Shown here in pieces: positions 58,515 through 64,000 of a stretch of DNA of 64,000 nt. A program made the translations under genes and the position numbers. The notes beneath the pieces were generated by a model. The model was not told the origin of the DNA. It was given only the letters and a program-made list of their open reading frames with translations, and ran no database searches. The stretch covers positions 31,684,001-31,748,000 of the forward strand of contig CM059432.1 of NCBI GenBank assembly GCA_030390025.1, given 5' to 3'. This stretch comes from Squalus acanthias (taxonomy: Eukaryota). Position 1 is the first letter of the stretch. Each line of letters begins with the position of its first letter.

Positions 58515-60289
58515 GGGGGAAAAATTCAGTTGGTTGCGCCTTCCGTTAGCGCCTTAAGAGGGCGCTAATGGGGCGCAAAGCATCGAGCGGCCAGGCGTGG
58601 CGAAGTTTGCGCCGCTCGCGAAATTAACTAGACATTTTGCGGCGGCGCTAAACACTACCGCCACGATCTCCTGCGCTGGCAGATCGTGACGTCAGTCGAG
58701 TGCGCAACGCCCCGGTAACGCCCCGGAGCGGAAATTGAGTGGCGCCCCCTGCCTTACCGCCTGACGCTAGCAACGACAGGTTGAGGGGAGCATTCTGCAG
58801 TCATGAAGGGAAAGGGGGAGCGCTATTTAAAGGTGACCGCTTCCTGCCTTTTATTGTTGGTGCCATTTTTGAACTACGCATTCTGAGAGAGAGAGAGACT
58901 TCTGGAGAGATTCAACGTTGTGTGAAGGAGTTTTGGGTACTGAGCAGCACTTTGCAGGTTCATTTTGATCTGCCATTCCTTGTATCGATTTAGAAGAGAC
59001 TGTGGGGGCTGCACTCTGAGCTCTTTGCCTGGTACTCTCCATTGTTCTTTCCAGCAGATTTGATGTGCAGGTCTCTCCAGGCCGAGATTCAAGGCTGCAA
59101 TGAGCAGGATGTGGATGGAAAGCAAGATTAACCATCCCCTTTAAGAACTGGCCCATGCCATTGTGTGTGTGTTCCATTGCTGACTGACATTACATGAGCT
59201 TCGCCAGCGCTCTGAGGTAGCGCCTCGCTCCTCGGCCTTTGCGCCTTAAGACAGGTGTGAAGCGCCTGATTTAGCGCTCCAATCACCTCCAGGGGCGATA
59301 AAAGTCAAGTTTGCAGTCGGTGGCGATAATTAGCGCCAGGCGCTAATCTTTGCGCCCGGCCGATAATTGCGTCCCAAATGGGGCGATACTGAATTTCTCC
59401 TCCATTAGGGGGAAAAATTCAGTTGGTTGCGCCTCCCGTTAGCGCCTTAAGAGGGCGCTAATGGGGCGCAAAGCATCGAGCGCCCAGGCGCAGCGAAGTT
59501 TGCGCCACTCGCGAAATTAACTAGACATTTTGCGGCGGCGCTAAACACTACCGCCACGATCTCCTGCGTCGGCAGATCGTGACGTCAGTCGAGTGCGCAA
59601 CGCCCCGGAGCGGAAATTGAGTGGCGCCCCCTGCCTTACCGCCTGACGCTAGCAACGACAGGTTGAGGGGAGCGTTCTGCAGTCATGAAGGGAAAGGGGG
59701 AGCGCTATTTAAAGGTGACCGCTTCCTGCCTTTTATTGTTGGTGCCATTTTTGAACTACGCATTCTGAGAGAGAGAGGGAGAGACTTCTGGAGAGATTCA
59801 ACGTTGTGTGAAGGAGTTTTGGGTACTGAGCAGCACTTTGCAGATTCATTTTGATCTGCCATTCCTTGTATCGATTTAGAAGAGTCTGTGGGGCCTGCAC
59901 TCTGAGCTCTTTGCCTGGTACTCTCCATTGTTCTTTCCAGCAGATTTGATGTGCAGGTCTCTCCAGGCCGAGATTCAAGGCTGCAATGAGCAGGATGTGG
60001 ATGGAAAGCAAGATTAACCATCCCCTTTAAGAACTGGCGCGTGCCATTGTGTGTGTGTTCCATTGCTGACTGACATCACATGAGCTTCGCCAGCGCTCTG
60101 AGGTAGTGCCTCGCTCCTCGGCCTTTGCGCCTTAAGACAGGTGTGAAGCGCCTGATTTAGCGCTCCATTCACCTCCAGGGGCGATAAAAGTCAAGTTTGC
60201 AGTCGGTGGCGATAATTAGCGCCAGGTGCTAATTATTGCGCCCGGGCGATAATTGCGCCCCAAATGGGGCGATACTGAATTTCTCCCCC
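58515..60289. mobile_element. Tandem dimer of a ~885-bp non-autonomous Harbinger-like element (58515-59403 and 59408-60289)
   Basis: Each unit has TIRs GGGGGAAAAATTCAGT...ACTGAATTTCTCC(C/T)CC and many subterminal GGCGC/GCGCC motifs. Outer 3-bp TSD TAT, internal spacer ATTA. Confidence 0.85.
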
Positions 60290-60979
60290 TATGACTCTAT
60301 CCCCCGCGGTTGGGGAGGGATTACTGTATTAGCTAAAAACTGAGACAATTCCCTCCTCTTCTTCGAAAAAGTGCCACAGGATCTTTTACATCCACTTGAG
60401 CAGAAACTGGACGGGACCTCAGTTTAACATTTCATCTGAGAAACAAAACCTGTCCCAATTCAGCAGCTCAGTGCTCCAAGCTGACTCCACCCTATAAACT
60501 AGACAAGTTCATTCCACCATGGGACCTCTGGTTTTTACATTGGACTCTTTAATAGTTTCTCCTCCCTATCCTCTGTTTACAACTAGGACATAGCTATCCT
60601 AACCTTCGCTATACCTATGTAACCTGAATTTCCTGTGTCTAATCACGTGTGCATTTTGGCTGCTGCTCCGGGCACAAGCCCTTACTTCTATGTCTCTTTT
60701 GTTTCTCTTTACCCCTCTTGGAGCGCTCTCTTCTGTCTCCTCCCCTTTCCTTTCACCAAGTCATGCCACCTTTCATTTCTCCCCTCTCAGGTACTTTGCT
60801 CCACCAATCGCTACCCAACCCACCATTCCTCGACCGTCCTACTCTCCTGTCGTTGTCCCAGGCAGGAATCCCTTTTGGATAAGCCCACAACTTCTCTCTG
60901 TGCCTCTGTCACCTTACAACCCCAACTGCCCCATCCTCCTCTCTCGCTCATCTTCCCGCCCAGCCGTCTGCTGGGGGCT

Positions 60980-61590
60980 AATCTAGTTAACCTCCTTCCT
61001 GTCTCTCTCACCTCCCCCAGTAGATCAACAATCACTGCCCCTTTCCGCATTTCCCTCCAGAATGTCCTTCACTTGCGAACAAGTGTCCTTGCCATCCAAA
61101 ATCTTATTGTGGATGATTGCATTAACATCATGGCTTTGACAGAGACCTGGCTCACAGGTGATGACACCTTCACCCTTACTGAAGCCTCCCACCCAGCTAT
61201 ACTTTCCACCACCTGCTCCACCCAAACCCAAATCGCTATGGTGGTGGTGCCGTCCTAATCACCAAATATCACCTTGATCTCTCCCCTACTCCTGTGGCAC
61301 TTTCCTCTCCTTCAAGCATCTCACCTTGTTCCACCCCTCTCATCTCCCCTTTAAAATCCTCGTTCCCTATCACCCACCAAAGCTCCACCTTTCTAACCGA
61401 TATATCCTCACTGCTTTCCTCCTTCAACAACTCCTCATCCTTGGTGCTTTCAATCTTCCTCTCAACTCACCTTTCTCTCTTTCCTCTGATCCTTCTGCCC
61501 TTCTGTCCTCCCTTAACCTCTCCACCTATAAACTCTCCTACCCATATTCGCGGCCATCCCCTTGACTTTGACATCTCACATGGCCTCTCT
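60980..61590 (+). mobile_element. Degenerate L2-type APE endonuclease fragment
   Basis: Reads ISLQNV..L..IQNLIVDDCINIMALTETWL, LLILGAFNL and PTH..GHPLD in shifted frames. Confidence 0.7.
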
Positions 61591-61794
61591 TACTATGTTG
61601 CACAGATTACAAGGAAAAAAGTTATCCCCTCTGAGAGGCATTTCTTCTATCATGATTAGACTTTCTCTCTTCCTCTTTATTACAACCTTTCTTGTCTCTA
61701 TTTTATTGATGCCACTATGGTAAGTGCTCCTCACAAATGTTCTCTCTTGTCCTTCAAATGTGCCACCCTAAACAGTCTTCCTCTTCTTGTATAT

Positions 61795-61954
61795 TGTGAG
61801 AAGTCGCACAACACCAGGTTATAGTCCAACAGCTTTATTTGAAATCACAAGCTTTCGGAGCGCTGCTCCTTTGTCAGGTGAAGCTGTTGGACTATAACCT
61901 GGTGCTGTGCGACTTCTCACATTTGTCCACCCCAGTCCAACACCGGCATCTCCA
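61795..61954. mobile_element. 160-bp non-autonomous Penelope-derived hairpin element with hammerhead-like core
   Basis: 12-bp TSD CTTCTTGTATAT (61783-61794 and 61955-61966). 40-bp inverted repeat (61795-61834 and 61882-61921). The first ~88 bp match the end of the PLE at 17147-17237. Confidence 0.85.
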
Positions 61955-62541
61955 CTTCTTGTATATGCACTGTGTTAAAGATTCACTGCAGTGTCACTTA
62001 CTCTAACTCATTCTTTTTTAGGACCTCAGAACTTTGGAATTCTTCACCCCCATCAGTTTTCCCTTCCTCTTAGAAAAAAGAAAGGACTTACATTCATAAA
62101 GAGCCTTATCATGTCCTCAGGACATCTCAAAGTGCTTCTCATACAATTAATTGTTTCTGTAATGTCACCATTGTTGTTAAGTAGGCAAAACACACATTGT
62201 GTAGACTCCTACTATCAAAGGGCTTTTAAAACTCAAGCTTGGTGTTACATAAATGCTACTTCCTGATTAAGCTTATCTTCCCTGGTGCTCTTTACAACCT
62301 TGGTGGCGGCCTGCGTTTTGGGCCTTAGGCTTTAAGCTAGACTCGTCCTTTGAAAAGTAATGAAGGCATGCTTCAGTCTATGTTTGAGCTCTAACTGGCT
62401 GATTAATAAGAGATGCAATCTGTACACTGATGAACTAGTTCTTAATGCAAATTAATTCCCCCAATCCCAACACAGTTGCCCCAAATTTGCCAAGTCCCAC
62501 TGCCAAACTTCTTCCAAGGCAGTGTGTCAGCCAATGGCTAG

Positions 62542-62995
62542 TGTGTCAGCCAGTGGCTCAGTGGGTAGCACTCTCGACTCTGAATCAGAAAGTTGTGGGT
62601 TCAAGTCCCACTCCAGAGACTTGAGTCCAAAAATCTAGGCTGACACTCCAGTGCAGTACTGAGTACTGCACTGTCGGAGGTGCCATCTTTCAGATGAGAC
62701 ATTAAACTGAGGCCCCGTCTGCCCTCACAAGTGGATGTAAAAGATCCCACTGCATCATTTCGAAGAAGAGCAGGGGAGTTATCACCCGTGTCCTGGCCAA
62801 TATTTATCCCTCAATCAACATTACTAAAAAAAACAGATTATCTGGTCATTGCTGTTTGTGGGAGCTTGCTGTGTGCAAATTGGCTGCCGCGTTTCCTACA
62901 TTACAACAGTGACTACACTTCAAAATTACTTCATTATCTGTAAAGCGCTTCAGGATGTCCAGTGGTCGTGAAAGGTGCCTATTAAATGCAAATCT
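62542..62995 (+). mobile_element. Full-length tRNA-headed Deu-domain SINE (SacSINE1-like); partial copies at about 29480-29815, 43545-43830, 53140-53390 and 53760-54000
   Basis: Box A TGGCTCAGTGG, box B GTTCAAGTCC, Deu-like core GGAGGTGCCATCTTTCAGATGAGACATTAAACTGAGG, and an L2-like tail. Confidence 0.85.
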
Positions 62996-63437
62996 CTCTC
63001 TCTCTGAAGCCTGATCTTCATCATGTAACATAACATTGCCCTATAATACTATGACCAAAAGATGGCGCTCTAAACATTGTTTTGCATCTTATGAGCCAGT
63101 ATCTAATCGCAACAGCAACTTGCATTTATATGGTACCTTCAACATAGGAAAAATTCACACGGTGCATCACAGAGGCATAGGGGAATAAATGGAAGCTGAA
63201 CCAAAGAAGGAGATATCATGAGGGGTGACGTGGTCAAAGCAGTGTCTTAAAGCGAGAGGTGGCGAGGTGGAGGGTTTAGGGAGAAAATTCTAGAGTTTGG
63301 GGCGTAGATAGCTGAAGGGACAGCCACCCATTGTGGGTGAAAGAGTGGGATGCACAAAAGGCTCTGTTCGAGGAATGGCGATTTGAGTGGTGTGTACAGC
63401 TGGTGGAGGTTGCAGAGATAGAGAGAGGCAAGGCCAC

Positions 63438-64000
63438 AACAACAAAACTTGTATTTATATAGCGCCTTTAAAATAGTAAAACGTCCCAAGACGCTTCACA
63501 GGAGTGTTATAAAACAAAATTTGACACCGAACCACATAAAGAGGTAGGTTTTAAGGAGCGTCTTAAAGGAAGAAAGAGAGATAGAAAGGCGGATAGGTTG
63601 AGGCAGGGAATTTCAGAGCTTAGGGCCTTGGCAGCTGAAGGCACAGCCACCGATGTTCAAGAGGCCAGAATTACAGGAGTGCAAATATTCAGAGGGTTGT
63701 GGGGCTGGAGGAGATTACAGAGATAGGGAGGGGCGATGTCCATGGAGGGATTTGAAACAAGGATGAGAATTTTAAAATCGAGGTCAATGTAGGTCAGCAA
63801 GCACAGGGGTGATGGGTGAACGGGACTTGGTGCAAGTTAGACATGGGCAGCAGAGTTTTGGATGACCTCAAGTTTATGGAGGGTAAAACGTGGGAGGCCA
63901 GTCAGGAGTACATTGGGATAGTCAAGTCTAGAGGTAATAAAGACATGGATAAGGGTTTCAGCAGCAGATGAGCTGAGGGAGGAGCGCAATCAGCGATATT
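63438..64000 (-). mobile_element. L2-type LINE 3' fragment (same family as 26046-27010; further tails at about 1970-2070, 52710-53085 and 63110-63435)
   Basis: Nucleotide similarity to 26046-26670 including the (TTG)n tail. Confidence 0.85.

Larger units (their letters stand above)
54662..60326. mobile_element. Tc1/mariner (Tigger/pogo-like) MITE split by a CR1 (54662-54907 and 60301-60326)
   Basis: TIRs CAGGAATCCCGCCCCAACTGCGG and CCGCGGTTGGGGAGGGATTACTG (3 mismatches), with TA on the right side. It sits inside a minus-strand Deu-SINE (about 54480-54660 and 60329-60450). Confidence 0.7.

Noticed and set aside
58515..59403. CpG island or promoter of a downstream host gene, and the duplicated small ORFs here
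   Set aside because: CpG richness and ORFs are confined to the TIR-bounded repeat units.
62550..62615. tRNA gene
   Set aside because: Box A/B sequence is the head of a SINE and continues into the Deu domain and tail; no complete cloverleaf is evident.

Overview
Repeat-rich vertebrate genomic DNA, most likely from a cartilaginous fish (inferred from SacSINE1-like Deu-domain SINEs, the CR1/L2/Penelope families and the MyD88 sequence). The only host gene is a complete five-coding-exon myd88 (CDS 24111-41373, + strand, 291 aa). The most notable feature is an apparently intact, very young 12.86-kb provirus (2395-15255) about 9 kb upstream of myd88. It has 1711-bp LTRs differing at only 4 sites by manual comparison, a CCTC target-site duplication (TSD), and a tRNA-Arg(TCG) primer-binding site (PBS) that overlaps the gag ATG. 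gag and pol are in frame and separated by a single UGA-CUAG readthrough-type stop. Pol has PR-RT-degenerate RNase H-second RNase H-IN. Env looks like a Mononegavirales F-type class I fusion protein with an extra N-terminal Ig-like domain. This architecture matches lokiretroviruses rather than classical ERVs or ordinary Ty3/Gypsy elements. The rest is nested transposable elements: a nearly complete two-gene Harbinger, Penelope-like elements with hammerhead ribozymes (including 160-bp and 32-bp miniature derivatives), several CR1/L2 LINE copies, MITEs and SINEs. All comparisons were made by eye; family assignments need database and phylogenetic confirmation.
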